Numbered from the stretch's first letter, positions 37,820-48,705 are shown. The stretch is 54,256 nt of DNA from Patescibacteria group bacterium (GCA_018823885.1 JAHJHG010000007.1:1-54256), one strand, 5' to 3'. A program made the numbers and translations. The notes: a model not told the origin generated them from the letters alone.

Positions 37820-39083
37820 GCTTTGCGGGCTTAAAAAGTCGAAGAAACCGAGCATAGAAGTTTACGAATAAACCAAAGTTTACAAAACCCAATATTCTTG
37901 GCAATAGCCTGTCGTTGGCGGAAAGCAAATTGATTAACCACTTTATATTTGGTATCCACCAGAAATGATATAGATTAACCAAACTTAACCCTGAAACAGC
38001 CCAATACAGAGGTAGTAATTTTTTATCCATTACTACCAGTATTGTAAAAACAGGGAAAAGTGGATAAAGATATCGTTCGTGCATGTTTGTCAGTAACATA
38101 AAAGAAGAGAATGAAATAATTGCTAAAGCCCAAAAAACAGACTTATGATCTTGTTTCTTGAAAACTAGATAAATAGGATAAATTAGTGAAATACCAAATA
38201 TTATTAGTCCCCACACTTGGTATGTGAGGGGTCCCCACATCAATGTGTGCGGCTGTTCATGAATTCCAGTTATAGCCGCCCAAATATTAAACGCATTAGC
38301 AGTGATTACTTGTAATTGTTCTATAAAAACCTTTTTATTATAAATCCCAATAAGCCACCCAAAAGGTTCTCCCCTGGAAAAAGGTAGGGTTAATGTCCCA
38401 ATTATCAAAAGTGGTATTGCCAAAGATTTAGCAATTTCTGTCAGTTTATATTTTTGCCGCAAGGCAATAATGGCAAAAACCGGCGCAAAAATGAGAAGCG
38501 AGGCTTTTATATAAAATGACATAAGCAATGCCAATACTGCCCACATTAGTTTTTTCTCAAGAAGCAGGACGAATGCTAGTAGGGCGAAAAAATTAATAAT
38601 TGCATCTGTCTGGCCCCAAACAGCTGAGTTATACCAAATAATAGGATTAAAAAGAAAAAGAGTTGCTCCAAAAATTCCAAGCTTTACTTTCTTCTTTTTT
38701 TTGAACATCCAGTAAATTAAATATGCTATTCCTAAATCTGCCAAAATTGCTGGGAGTTGAAGTAATGCTTGATATCCCCGTTCTTCAAGAAAAGTAACAA
38801 TGTTTGAAGGAAATAGTGGAATACTTATATTGATTTTCCAGAAAAATGCAAAGATAGCTTGATACAACTTATATATGCCGGCAAAAATATATGCGGTTCC
38901 AGGGGGCTGATTGGGCCAAGTGAAACTCCAAACATTGGCTGTATAAAACTTCGCAGGGCCATAATCCCAAAAACGAATTCCCCAATCAACGTGATTATTA
39001 AGATCAGGATGCCAAGTTATAAACGCCAAAACAAATCTGAAAATAAATGCTAAAAGTAAAATCTTGATAATTTTTTTCTTCAT
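37815..39083 (-). CDS. GT-C membrane glycosyltransferase, ALG6/ALG8- or GT87-like
   Basis: WHPDLNNHVDWG, NQPP, WGQTD, NAFNIW, MHERY. Confidence 0.75.
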   Translation of the reverse strand: MKKKIIKILLLAFIFRFVLAFITWHPDLNNHVDWGIRFWDYGPAKFYTANVWSFTWPNQPPGTAYIFAGIYKLYQAIFAFFWKINISIPLFPSNIVTFLEERGYQALLQLPAILADLGIAYLIYWMFKKKKKVKLGIFGATLFLFNPIIWYNSAVWGQTDAIINFFALLAFVLLLEKKLMWAVLALLMSFYIKASLLIFAPVFAIIALRQKYKLTEIAKSLAIPLLIIGTLTLPFSRGEPFGWLIGIYNKKVFIEQLQVITANAFNIWAAITGIHEQPHTLMWGPLTYQVWGLIIFGISLIYPIYLVFKKQDHKSVFWALAIISFSSFMLLTNMHERYLYPLFPVFTILVVMDKKLLPLYWAVSGLSLVNLYHFWWIPNIKWLINLLSANDRLLPRILGFVNFGLFVNFYARFLRLFKPAKL

Positions 39084-41521
39084 TTATTCTTCTTTCTCTC
39101 TGTAGTAATTTGCGAAACTACTAACAAGGATACCATTATTATGAATGAAGTCGCACCAATTATTAAGCCGTATTTAAATGAATTCGGCTCATACCTTATC
39201 TCCAAATGATGTTCTCCGGCACCAATTGGAACAGCCATAAAGGCATAGTTCGCTCGATAAAGGGTTACTTTTTTGCCATCAACATAAGCCTTCCATCCCG
39301 GAAAGTGAGTCTGGGAAATAACAAGCAAGCTGTTTTCTTCACTTACAACGTCTGCTTTTGTTATTAGCGGGCTAAAGCTGATGCTATTAATATCAACCTC
39401 CGTAGTTAAAGGAACAATGTCGGGAACAGTTTCAAGAATCACTGTTTTCGATAAATCAGTGGAAAGTAATAAGTTTTCAAATTCTTCATCTGTTTTTGCT
39501 AAAACAAAATTCTCTACGGGGTACATCCGAGGAAAAGCTTCGGGGTTTTTTAATACCATTGTTCTTTCAAATTCAAAGAGTTTTTCCAAGTTAGACTCTT
39601 CAAATCTCCAGCTTAGATCACCATCATATTCGGGAGAAGCATTTTTCCATTTAATAACCACAATGTTTTCTATTCCGAGAAAGTCATATAAAGAAGAACT
39701 TATGTTTTCAATTTCTACATATCGACTAAAAGGGACCAGCCCTCGCCCATTCAGGAGGCTCATAAACTTGTTGTATCTTATTGGATGAATTGCATCCTGG
39801 CCAGTTGCCGAATAGACTTGATAAGGCATCCACATATTAGGAGGCAATATCGGTCCCCTCTCACGATCAAATTTCACTGAGTCTTGTTTTTGCAAATATT
39901 CAGTTAGAGGAGTGTCCGGATACAAAAGCTCAGGAGAAGAGAAAGAATTATATTTGGAGGAAAATCGGTAAAGATCAAAGAGGGTTAAGGAAAATATACC
40001 TATCAATATTAAGGTTTTCATTTCCTTGTGTTTTTTAAAAACCGTAACCAAAACAACAACACCGACAATTGAAGCAATCACCATAAATGCAGGCAGAACC
40101 AAATTTCGTAAGCTCACTTGATAACCAATGGCGGTTTGAAAAGCATATAAAGAATCTTCATTAAAAAGAGTAAGTTTTGACAGAAAATCTTTCAATGGTG
40201 TTAAAAATAAGCTGGAAATAAGAATAGGGACAATGATCAGACCAATGAGAATAATAACAGGATACTTAAGTGACTTTTTTTGTACCCTGCCTTTAATTAT
40301 TCTTTCAAGAGAAATACTTGCACCCACAGCGATTGAAAAAGTTGTTATTAAAGCCAATCGCCCCATAACCGACGAAGATATTAAAACAATATTGCTATCC
40401 CCTATAAATTTAGCGATCGGATTTTTAAAGGAAAGCAGTAGGGAAATAAAAAATCCAACCCAGGAAAAAATAAGAAGCTTGTCTTTCTTTTTTCCTTTCA
40501 GCCAAAAACTTATCAAAAAAAGAAAAAGACTTGTCGCTCCTACAAAAATAACGAAATTATCATAAGAGCCAACTGTGGGCCAATAATTACGAGTAGAAGG
40601 ATTGCCAAAATAATCAGGGGCAATGAAAGTAATTAAATTCTGAAGGGGTATGTATTTTACATTCGCTGCGGCTGCCACCTGGTCAACCTGTCGTATCGAC
40701 AATCTTGATGCTTCAGCACCTGGCAAAAGAAGGGGTGACGCCAAGGTAACACCTAAAATAATTGAGCCAACCATATATTTAAAATCACTCGTTTTTAAAA
40801 TTCTTGTTATCCAAACATATATCAGCGAGAATCCTAAAATATAAGTAGTTATTTGCGGATAGCCTGCATAAAAAGACAAAGCCAAACAAAGTGAATAAAG
40901 CAAATAATATATTCTATTCTTTGATGCTTTTTTGAGTGCAAAAAGCATTAAAGGAAAATATAATGCCGAATGAATAAGAGTATTATATTCAACCCAAGTC
41001 ATCATAAATCCAGAAAATCCCCACACCAAGCTTCCATACATCGATGCTTGGCGAGACAGTTTGTGTTCCCGCAAGAAAAGAAACATGAATATTGCCGCTA
41101 ATAAAGGCTGTGCAATGACCTGTAAAGACCAGCCTATATAAAAATCGTTAACCAGCCAATAAATTATATTCAAAGGATATAGGGCGGCTGATTGAAAGTT
41201 TGCCAACAAAGATGTCCCAGAAAGAATATATGGATTCCATAAAGGCCACTCTCCACTCTTCATCAAGTTAACTGCCAACTCCCTCCAAGGATAAATGATC
41301 GAGACAATATCGGAGAAGATAGGATTTTTCACCGGAACACCAGCTGGGAACGAAGTAAGATTTAAATCCAACCATGGATAATATGTTCCAGAGATAATGT
41401 CTGCGGGGATTGGCAGCAACCCCTTAACAAAGAACTTCCAGAAAAATATAAAGGTGATGAATAAAAAAATAGCAAAAGGATAAATTTGGCCTATTTTCAA
41501 TCTTCGCCAATTATTTTTCAT
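39080..41521 (-). CDS. YfhO-family membrane protein (GT-C)
   Basis: 813 aa; WPLWNPYILSG..LLANFQSAALYPLN; C-terminal FPGWKAYVDG..RANYAFMAV..G.H.LEIRYEP. Confidence 0.9.
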   Translation of the reverse strand: MKNNWRRLKIGQIYPFAIFLFITFIFFWKFFVKGLLPIPADIISGTYYPWLDLNLTSFPAGVPVKNPIFSDIVSIIYPWRELAVNLMKSGEWPLWNPYILSGTSLLANFQSAALYPLNIIYWLVNDFYIGWSLQVIAQPLLAAIFMFLFLREHKLSRQASMYGSLVWGFSGFMMTWVEYNTLIHSALYFPLMLFALKKASKNRIYYLLYSLCLALSFYAGYPQITTYILGFSLIYVWITRILKTSDFKYMVGSIILGVTLASPLLLPGAEASRLSIRQVDQVAAAANVKYIPLQNLITFIAPDYFGNPSTRNYWPTVGSYDNFVIFVGATSLFLFLISFWLKGKKKDKLLIFSWVGFFISLLLSFKNPIAKFIGDSNIVLISSSVMGRLALITTFSIAVGASISLERIIKGRVQKKSLKYPVIILIGLIIVPILISSLFLTPLKDFLSKLTLFNEDSLYAFQTAIGYQVSLRNLVLPAFMVIASIVGVVVLVTVFKKHKEMKTLILIGIFSLTLFDLYRFSSKYNSFSSPELLYPDTPLTEYLQKQDSVKFDRERGPILPPNMWMPYQVYSATGQDAIHPIRYNKFMSLLNGRGLVPFSRYVEIENISSSLYDFLGIENIVVIKWKNASPEYDGDLSWRFEESNLEKLFEFERTMVLKNPEAFPRMYPVENFVLAKTDEEFENLLLSTDLSKTVILETVPDIVPLTTEVDINSISFSPLITKADVVSEENSLLVISQTHFPGWKAYVDGKKVTLYRANYAFMAVPIGAGEHHLEIRYEPNSFKYGLIIGATSFIIMVSLLVVSQITTERKKNK

Positions 41522-43251
41522 TCTTTTGCAAACAAGTAGAATGCAGGTTCCCCAGAAGGATAAGGAATTGCCTTGATTAATTTTAATCCTGCAGGGCCCT
41601 TGCCCGGCTCTATAATTAAATTCTCTCCTATCTCAGATGCGACTGCCAAATATAGAGTTTTATCATCAATATACTGCGGCAGAGCAAATATTCCCCCGTC
41701 TTCTTCTCTAACACCAGCAAAATAATACTTATCAATAAAAGAAAGACCACCAAATCCATCTAAGTATGACTCCTCAAAAGGAAAACCTTCATGCCACTGG
41801 CTAGGAGGATATTCGTACCATCCAGCAAAAAATATCCAAACCGGTTCATTGGCCATTGATAAAATCACTTTATCGTAATCTTTATCTATTTCTTTAATGA
41901 CTCCAATCGATTCCTCAAATCCCGAATGCCACCATCTTTCAGAATCCCAAGGATTATGGACCCAATATTCATGCTGATATGCTGCAAAACCAAGCACTAA
42001 TAGTCCAAAGTAGCCAAGAAGGAAAAGTTTCTTAATATTTCCTTTCAACATCCTTGCTGCTTCAGCAAGTCCATAGGAAATCATAAGAACCAGAGGGGGC
42101 AATATTAATATTAAGCGAGTGGCATGCTTTCCACCGTCACGAGTAATAGCAGCCGGCAATACTCCTAGTAATAGCCAAAGGGCCACGAAGGTCTTAACTC
42201 TCTTGTCTTTGTATCTTGAAAAGAAAAACAAAAGACCAAGAAGCATCGTAATAAATTCTATACGGTAAAACTGTCCCACACCGTCGATTGAATGACGAAG
42301 ATTTAGGTCACCTTTAATAAAAAGGAAATCTGTTGAAAATGACTGCAATATATTTCTAGATATATTCTCGCTCCAAAAAGTAACCTTGTTGTGGAAAAGA
42401 CGATCGAAAATATTGGGACTCAGTCCATATCCAGTCTCGCCTCTCATCCGAACATCTCTTAACCGAGCTGTCCCCACTTCGGTCGGTATTGTTGGGTCAG
42501 AAAAAACGCTAATATAACCAAACCTCTGACCGCCTCCGCTAAATAGAGTAGCATAAGCTGTTATACCACCCAGCACAGCCAATGTTAGTAGTGCCTTGGT
42601 TAGCGTCTCTTTAGGGAGTTTGAAAATGTCCTTTCTCCAAAGAATCAACAAAACCAGTAAAATCGCTGGTGTAAATAATTTGGCAGTACTATATATAAGA
42701 GGCGTTGTTACTAATAAGGCTGAGGCTGCCCAAAGCCATTTACCATCTTTTGGTCCTTCCTCGCCAATAGACAATGACTTAAAGAAGAAGTAGAGCCCAA
42801 AAAGCAAAAATGTCAATAGCATAGTCACTTCAAAAGCTGCCCGACTATATTGAATGTGCCATGGTGATATGGTCAATACAAAAGCGGATAATAATGCTAA
42901 TCGTTTATTTTTTGTAAGTTGTTTTACCAAAAGGTATAAGCCCAATACACCCAATATGCCGAAAAATGCAGCCGGAAGACGAACTCCCAACGGACTAATT
43001 CCATAGATTGCCACTGTCGGAACAACAGAATACAGATAAAGAGGGGTTCTCCATTCTGCCAAAGACTGGAAATGTAAAGGTAAAAAATTTCCAGAGTAGT
43101 CTTTACCTGTCTTTAAAATAGAGTAAGCATGATAACCAACATCAAGTTCGTCGCCAAAAAGCGAAACGGGAACTTCAGCGAGTTTCCATAAACGAAGAAA
43201 AGAGGCCACAAGCAAAATCGCAATTAGCAAGATTTTAAACTTGTTTTTCAT
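41518..43251 (-). CDS. ArnT/PMT-like GT-C, same family as the array
   Basis: FGDELDVGYHAYSILKTGKD, LAEWRTP, WHIQYSR, RLFHNK, KHATRL. Confidence 0.85.
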   Translation of the reverse strand: MKNKFKILLIAILLVASFLRLWKLAEVPVSLFGDELDVGYHAYSILKTGKDYSGNFLPLHFQSLAEWRTPLYLYSVVPTVAIYGISPLGVRLPAAFFGILGVLGLYLLVKQLTKNKRLALLSAFVLTISPWHIQYSRAAFEVTMLLTFLLFGLYFFFKSLSIGEEGPKDGKWLWAASALLVTTPLIYSTAKLFTPAILLVLLILWRKDIFKLPKETLTKALLTLAVLGGITAYATLFSGGGQRFGYISVFSDPTIPTEVGTARLRDVRMRGETGYGLSPNIFDRLFHNKVTFWSENISRNILQSFSTDFLFIKGDLNLRHSIDGVGQFYRIEFITMLLGLLFFFSRYKDKRVKTFVALWLLLGVLPAAITRDGGKHATRLILILPPLVLMISYGLAEAARMLKGNIKKLFLLGYFGLLVLGFAAYQHEYWVHNPWDSERWWHSGFEESIGVIKEIDKDYDKVILSMANEPVWIFFAGWYEYPPSQWHEGFPFEESYLDGFGGLSFIDKYYFAGVREEDGGIFALPQYIDDKTLYLAVASEIGENLIIEPGKGPAGLKLIKAIPYPSGEPAFYLFAKE

Positions 43252-43255
43252 GTTC

Positions 43256-44068
43256 TTATTTTACTAGCTTTTGCCATTTTTGTCCCAACCAGAGAATAGC
43301 TGTTAAAACATAGTGCTTCAATGTTCCGTGATAAATCTTGCTTGAGGGAATTAATCTTCGCCATTGATTGGCGCTATCGGCAAGCTTTTTACCGCTTACC
43401 CCATGATAATGCAGCACCCTTACTTCCGGTAAATAGTAAACTTTAAGTCCCTTTGCCCAGACTCTGCGACAATAATCAACATCCTCAAAGTACATAAAAT
43501 ATCTCTCATCCAACAAACCCACCTCTCGTAATGCCTTAGGGGTTATTAGAAATGCTGCCCCGACAAGAGCCTCAACTTCAATTGGATCTTTTCCCTTTGG
43601 GGCATATTTATCAAAAAGACCCTTCTGGCCTAGCCAGTACTCTCTTATTGCATTTTTAATAGTCGGAAAATGAAAACACGAATCTTGTAAGCTTCCATCA
43701 GGATTTAACAATCTTGCACCAACAACACCCGCATCTTCTTTTTTCTCAGCAAAAGCAATAAGTTTTTTAAACGAGAATCTCTTAATTACTGTGTCTGAAT
43801 TGAGAAGAAGTATATATTCGCCGCTTGCTTCCCTCGCACCTTGGTTATTTGCTCTGGAAAAACCTGAGTTTTCTTTATTCTCAATAAGTTTTAGGTTCTT
43901 ATATCTTCTCCAAAGCTTCTTAAGCTCAACGACCGAACCATCTTTTGAGTTATTATCAACAACGATTACTTCAAGATCAAGACTCGAACCCTCATTTATA
44001 ACCGACTCAATACAAGTCTTGGTTAAATTTTTCGTATTAAAATTTACGATAATGACAGATAACTTCAT
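43256..44068 (-). CDS. GT2, WbbL/rhamnosyltransferase-like
   Basis: VIIVNFN, VDNNSKDGS, GFSRANNQG, LLNSD, DERYFMYFEDVD. Confidence 0.9.
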   Translation of the reverse strand: MKLSVIIVNFNTKNLTKTCIESVINEGSSLDLEVIVVDNNSKDGSVVELKKLWRRYKNLKLIENKENSGFSRANNQGAREASGEYILLLNSDTVIKRFSFKKLIAFAEKKEDAGVVGARLLNPDGSLQDSCFHFPTIKNAIREYWLGQKGLFDKYAPKGKDPIEVEALVGAAFLITPKALREVGLLDERYFMYFEDVDYCRRVWAKGLKVYYLPEVRVLHYHGVSGKKLADSANQWRRLIPSSKIYHGTLKHYVLTAILWLGQKWQKLVK

Positions 44069-45339
44069 GTCTTCCTAAGATAAATATTAAACAAATATCC
44101 AAAAATTGCCAAATTCATAAAACACAGACCTCTTTCAACTATTTCAAAATCAAATAAAATAGCCAGAAACTCAATCCGCGGCATCCACCACCAATGATAA
44201 AGATTTATAAAAAAGATAACACTCAAAATAATAAATATTTTTATCAACCTAGGAAATTTAATTAGTATTAATGGGAAAAATACAAATATCGGATATAGAT
44301 ATCTCTCGTGCACTCTAGGTAAAAACATAAAAGCTGCAAAATAGGTCATAAGGAGTGAAAAAAATATTCCTCTACCTTTCCAAAACTTATAAAAAATTAT
44401 TACAAAAAAGGGCGTTGTTATAAACCATGCCCACATAGATAATGGAATCCTCCAGTAAATAGTTGTATCCCCAAGTCGCTCTAGTCCAAAAATTAATCCC
44501 CAGAAATTAAAAGCATTTAGGTTTATATAAGGCAAGGTGACTGCACCTGGAACAAATTTTTTCCAATATGTCACTACTGTCCAGACAATCGGCTCCTTGT
44601 CTATATATAGTTGGCCAATAACAAACAAATATGTCACAAATATCACTGAAAGAATAAATATCTTTTTAACAGATATTTTGTTTTTTATGCTTTGGATAAC
44701 AAGAATAGGAGTGGCAGCTGCCATTGTCACTTTTATCATCAACGAAACAAAGAAGTTGGTTAATCCGGAAAAATACTTCTTATTCAACAAAGCTATCGCT
44801 GCCATAAGTCCAAAAAATGTGACCACCGAATCCAGTTGACCCCAGGAAGCAGAAAGATATATCACCGGTATGTTAAACAAAAACAGCGAAGAGGCTATCT
44901 TTGCCTTAATTTGCCCATGCTTCTCTTTGATAAAAACATATATCAGATAGCCTATGCCTATGTCGGCGAAGATACCTGGAAGTTTAAGCAGTAACAAGTA
45001 CCCTGAGGTTTCAAGCCAGGGAATAAATTTAGAGGGGAACAAACCAATTGTTATATTTATTTTCCAAAATATGCTGAAAAGAAGTTCCCACACCCATCTT
45101 ACTGCTGAAAATAATATCATCGCCAACGGAGGATAATCCGGTCTTGCATAATTTCCAAAATTCAGCCAATCATAGAAACCCCTTAAGCCGAATTCTCTTG
45201 CATATATTCCCCATATCGCGTTGTTATTAAGATCACTATGAAAAGAAAGCGGAGACAAAATAAGCCTTAATAAAAGCGCGAACATCAAAATCTTAACTAT
45301 GCTTATTTTTTTGAATTTACTGTTTAGGTGTGCGAGCAT
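44065..45339 (-). CDS. GT-C membrane glycosyltransferase, ALG6/ALG8- or GT87-like; paralog of 37815-39083
   Basis: FHSDLNNNAIWG, PDYPPL, WGQLD, NAFNFW, RVHERY. Confidence 0.75.
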   Translation of the reverse strand: MLAHLNSKFKKISIVKILMFALLLRLILSPLSFHSDLNNNAIWGIYAREFGLRGFYDWLNFGNYARPDYPPLAMILFSAVRWVWELLFSIFWKINITIGLFPSKFIPWLETSGYLLLLKLPGIFADIGIGYLIYVFIKEKHGQIKAKIASSLFLFNIPVIYLSASWGQLDSVVTFFGLMAAIALLNKKYFSGLTNFFVSLMIKVTMAAATPILVIQSIKNKISVKKIFILSVIFVTYLFVIGQLYIDKEPIVWTVVTYWKKFVPGAVTLPYINLNAFNFWGLIFGLERLGDTTIYWRIPLSMWAWFITTPFFVIIFYKFWKGRGIFFSLLMTYFAAFMFLPRVHERYLYPIFVFFPLILIKFPRLIKIFIILSVIFFINLYHWWWMPRIEFLAILFDFEIVERGLCFMNLAIFGYLFNIYLRKT

Positions 45340-45356
45340 TCAATAAATAGTGGCGG

Positions 45357-46250
45357 TCAAAACCTTGCAAAAATTGCCTCATCCGAAACCTTGCAATCCT
45401 TTTTTTCCTTCTTTCTTGCTCTTAAAATCCATCTAATCTTAGAAAGCGCCATCATAACTATCCTTACATACCCTGGGTGCCTTAAAGTTCTCTTCGAAAG
45501 TCCAATAATGTGTTTTCTTATTAGTGTTGGACTTGTTATATTCTTCCAAATGAATATAAGCTGATTTCTTTCCCTTATCCTCCCTACGTATTTTTTAGGC
45601 AACAATCCTATTGTTGACTCATGTTTATGCAATACTCTCGCATCGGGATCCCAAAGCAGCTTATAACCACGCTTAAGCGCTCTATAAGATAAATCTAAGT
45701 CCTCCCAATAGAAAGGAGAAAGTAATTTTTCATCCATTCCTCCCAAGCTCATCCAATAGTTTCTTCGAAATACCCCACTACCTCCACTGACCCAAAAAGT
45801 ATCGTGAACTTTCTTTGTCTTAATACCTGCCCCATGTTCAACAAACCCGTTTTTAAATTCTCCTTTCGCCCAACTATAATCTTTCTCGCTAAGTGATATG
45901 GCAAATACGTTATTGTCTTTAAAAAGCGGAAGAGTAGAAACTAAAAAATCTCTTTCGGGTATAACGTCTGTATTTAGCAACACCAGCAAATCTCCTTTTG
46001 AAGTTCTCGCACCGGTGTTCACTGAGGAGGAAAATCCTCTATTTATTTTGTGTTGTACTACCTTCACTTCGGGGAACTTCTTTTTTAGCAAACCAACGCT
46101 TCCATCGGGCGAAGCATCATCAACAACAATAATCTCTATAATATTATTTTTCTCGTTTTTCTGAGCACTCAAAACATGGGGTATATTTTTTTCTAATAAC
46201 CATTCTGTATTGTAGCTAGGAATTATTATTGATACTTTCGTTTTTGTCAT
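45357..46250 (-). CDS. Glycosyltransferase family 2
   Basis: VDDASPDGS, NRGFSSSVNTG, LLNTD, PFYWEDLDL. Confidence 0.9.
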   Translation of the reverse strand: MTKTKVSIIIPSYNTEWLLEKNIPHVLSAQKNEKNNIIEIIVVDDASPDGSVGLLKKKFPEVKVVQHKINRGFSSSVNTGARTSKGDLLVLLNTDVIPERDFLVSTLPLFKDNNVFAISLSEKDYSWAKGEFKNGFVEHGAGIKTKKVHDTFWVSGGSGVFRRNYWMSLGGMDEKLLSPFYWEDLDLSYRALKRGYKLLWDPDARVLHKHESTIGLLPKKYVGRIRERNQLIFIWKNITSPTLIRKHIIGLSKRTLRHPGYVRIVMMALSKIRWILRARKKEKKDCKVSDEAIFARF

Positions 46251-46252
46251 GT

Positions 46253-46909
46253 TTATTTCTTTCTCACCTTAACAGCATGCAACATACCCAAAATAAACTT
46301 CTTATCCTTCATTATCTCAAACCCCGCCTCTTTACACATCTTTGGTAAAGCGTTATCTCTGTATGTTTGAATGTGTGTACCATCCCAAACCCAACCCCGA
46401 GGATAAAAATGAAGCCAGAGAAACCAAATAATCCTAAATAAAAGATTATCTGATGGAACAAGAAAAACACCATATCCGCCTTTTTTCATAACTCTTCTAA
46501 ATTCTTTCAACACTTTTTCAGGTTGATAAACGTGTTCCAACACCTCAAGACAAAAAACAGCATCAAATGTATTCGTCTCATACTTAAGATCTTCTGCATC
46601 TCCAACCATAAATTTCATTCTCTTGTTTCTCTTCCAGTGTTTTTTTGCCCAATCAACAGAAGTTTTTACAACATCTATACCAATAAGCTTGCTCGCTTTC
46701 GATTTATCAAGAATTACTTTGGAAAACATACCATCTGCACTACCCACATCTAAAACAATTCCTTTAACCGGGTCTATTAATTTCCCAATTTCCTTAAATC
46801 TTTTTTTATGCCAATAGCGCTGAAGAGGGTCAACTTTTAACGATTCGTAGTACCAATTAGGCGGAACATTTTCGTGCAAATCGGTGGCTTTTTTTAGATT
46901 TTTGTTCAT
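46253..46909 (-). CDS. Class I SAM-dependent methyltransferase
   Basis: VLDVGSADG, GDAEDL, FDAVFCLEVLEHV, RVMKKGG. Confidence 0.9.
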   Translation of the reverse strand: MNKNLKKATDLHENVPPNWYYESLKVDPLQRYWHKKRFKEIGKLIDPVKGIVLDVGSADGMFSKVILDKSKASKLIGIDVVKTSVDWAKKHWKRNKRMKFMVGDAEDLKYETNTFDAVFCLEVLEHVYQPEKVLKEFRRVMKKGGYGVFLVPSDNLLFRIIWFLWLHFYPRGWVWDGTHIQTYRDNALPKMCKEAGFEIMKDKKFILGMLHAVKVRKK

Positions 46910-46918
46910 CGTACCTAG

Positions 46919-47944
46919 TTAAACTAAATTCTGAATCTCCTTTTCAAATCTTTCATATTCGTATATTCGACTGTCCTCTTTTGCTTTCTTAGAAACTTTA
47001 CTAAATATTCCTTTACCCTCAATAATATTCCTGGTATTTTTCAACAATTGCCTTGTATTTTCCCACAAAAATCCATTCTCGCCATTGGCGATAATTTCTT
47101 TGTGTCCTCCAGCCGAAAAAACAATTGGAACAGTACCCGAAGCCATGGCCTCGACAGTTACAATCCCAAAATGTTCTACTTTTTCTGGCTCTTTACTCTC
47201 ATCAGCCCCAAAACCAGCTGCGGACCAAAATATTTTTGCCTTACCATATAATTCTTTTATTTGACTAAAGCTTGGGCTTTCCAAAATTCTAATAGAATAT
47301 CCTTTTGCTAATTTTCTTAACTTTTTTACATAATCATCAACGCCGACTTCTGTTCCCCCCGCCAATACAAACTCCCAATCATCAAATCCAGAATCAGAAA
47401 ACCTTTTAAAAGCTTTTATTAAAACGTCTTGTCTCTTTGCCTGCTTTAATTGAGAAAATCGACCTACGGAAACAATTAGATTTTCTTTTCTTTTTGGTTT
47501 AAAGTCACCAACGTCGACTGGTGGATAGACAACAATGCTTTCCACTCCATACTCTTTATCTATTACTTTCTTTGTAAAATATGAGTTACATATAATTTTC
47601 TCGATTCTGAAAAATTTCATTCTATTCAGTAATGTTTTACCACTTCCATCATGAAAAGGGACTTGAAAGTGTAAAAAGTTTTTGCGTGCCCGAAGTATCG
47701 GAATGGAGCCATCGGAAACCCAAAAACAAACATCATACCCATCCCCTCGACCAACATCCTCAATAAAATCAACACCTTCAAGATCAATATTAAATCGCTT
47801 TTCTAATTTTTCCTTTATTAGCGGATCCTTCCACTCAACATCTACGCTGTATTCCTTACTAACTAATGCTCGCGCGACGCCCATCGTGTAGCGTTCACCG
47901 CCACCTAGTGTATCTAAATATGGATTTACAATTGCTGCCTTCAT
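46919..47944 (-). CDS. Glycosyltransferase family 4 (ALG11/ALG2-like motifs)
   Basis: NPYLDTLGGGERY, NSYFTK, VVYPPVD, SVGRF, EHFGIVTVEAMASG. Confidence 0.85.
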   Translation of the reverse strand: MKAAIVNPYLDTLGGGERYTMGVARALVSKEYSVDVEWKDPLIKEKLEKRFNIDLEGVDFIEDVGRGDGYDVCFWVSDGSIPILRARKNFLHFQVPFHDGSGKTLLNRMKFFRIEKIICNSYFTKKVIDKEYGVESIVVYPPVDVGDFKPKRKENLIVSVGRFSQLKQAKRQDVLIKAFKRFSDSGFDDWEFVLAGGTEVGVDDYVKKLRKLAKGYSIRILESPSFSQIKELYGKAKIFWSAAGFGADESKEPEKVEHFGIVTVEAMASGTVPIVFSAGGHKEIIANGENGFLWENTRQLLKNTRNIIEGKGIFSKVSKKAKEDSRIYEYERFEKEIQNLV

Positions 47945-48705
47945 TTTTTCTTCCTATTTAGTTGCATTTCCCAAAGTTTGCCATAGGTAACAAATTTACT
48001 CCACATCTGATAAATTGCATATACCACACCTTCTGTGCCATCCAAGAAACCCTTAAGCTTAATTAATCTATACCATAATTCTGTTGCCATTATTCTAAAA
48101 AATCTCCACCCAGCCATTTTGGGATGGCCTGATTTAAGTAAAAGCTTTGCTTCAATCTCAGACCATTTATTTGTTTTTTCAACCATTTCTGATAATTTCG
48201 TGTGTTTTAAATGAACAAGTGGGTTTACAAGGTGTCCAAGTTCGCCTTTAACAACGGGGTTCTCATGCAAATCTCCTTCCCACTTAACAAGGGCTTCTTT
48301 CTTCATCAGCCTTTTGACATGATCCGGCCACCAACCTCCATGCTTCATCTCTTTCCCTAAAATAATATTCCTTCTGGGAATTGCATAAAGAACAATATCT
48401 GTAGGACTATTTATTACCTTTAATATTTCTTTACGAAGAAGGGGAGTTACTCGTTCGTCTGCATCAACATATAAAAGCCAATCACTCTTTGCCTCTATCG
48501 CTCCCTGGTTTCTCCAATCGCTAAATCCCCCTTTCGCAAAAGAGATTACTATTGCCTTTCTTTTCGTGGCAATCTGGATAGTTTTATCGTCTGATCCTGT
48601 ATCAATAACCAATACTTCATCCGCCCAAGAGAGAGAATCCAAACATTCGCCGATTTTTTCCTCTTCATTCTTCGTAATAACTATTGCTGATATATTATTT
48701 TTCAT
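47941..48705 (-). CDS. GT2, WaaE/LgtF-like
   Basis: ITKNEE, IDTGSDDKT, VDADERVT, GGWWPD, LHE, GFLDG; start moved to ATG 48705 (ATGA overlap). Confidence 0.9.
   Translation of the reverse strand: MKNNISAIVITKNEEEKIGECLDSLSWADEVLVIDTGSDDKTIQIATKRKAIVISFAKGGFSDWRNQGAIEAKSDWLLYVDADERVTPLLRKEILKVINSPTDIVLYAIPRRNIILGKEMKHGGWWPDHVKRLMKKEALVKWEGDLHENPVVKGELGHLVNPLVHLKHTKLSEMVEKTNKWSEIEAKLLLKSGHPKMAGWRFFRIMATELWYRLIKLKGFLDGTEGVVYAIYQMWSKFVTYGKLWEMQLNRKKK

Noticed and set aside
27179-43251. DNA-level repeats, diversity-generating retroelement or CRISPR-like array among the GT-C paralogs
   Set aside because: Similarity is limited to short codon-level matches at protein motifs (GYNAYSILKTG); no reverse transcriptase, template/variable repeat pair or regularly spaced repeats seen
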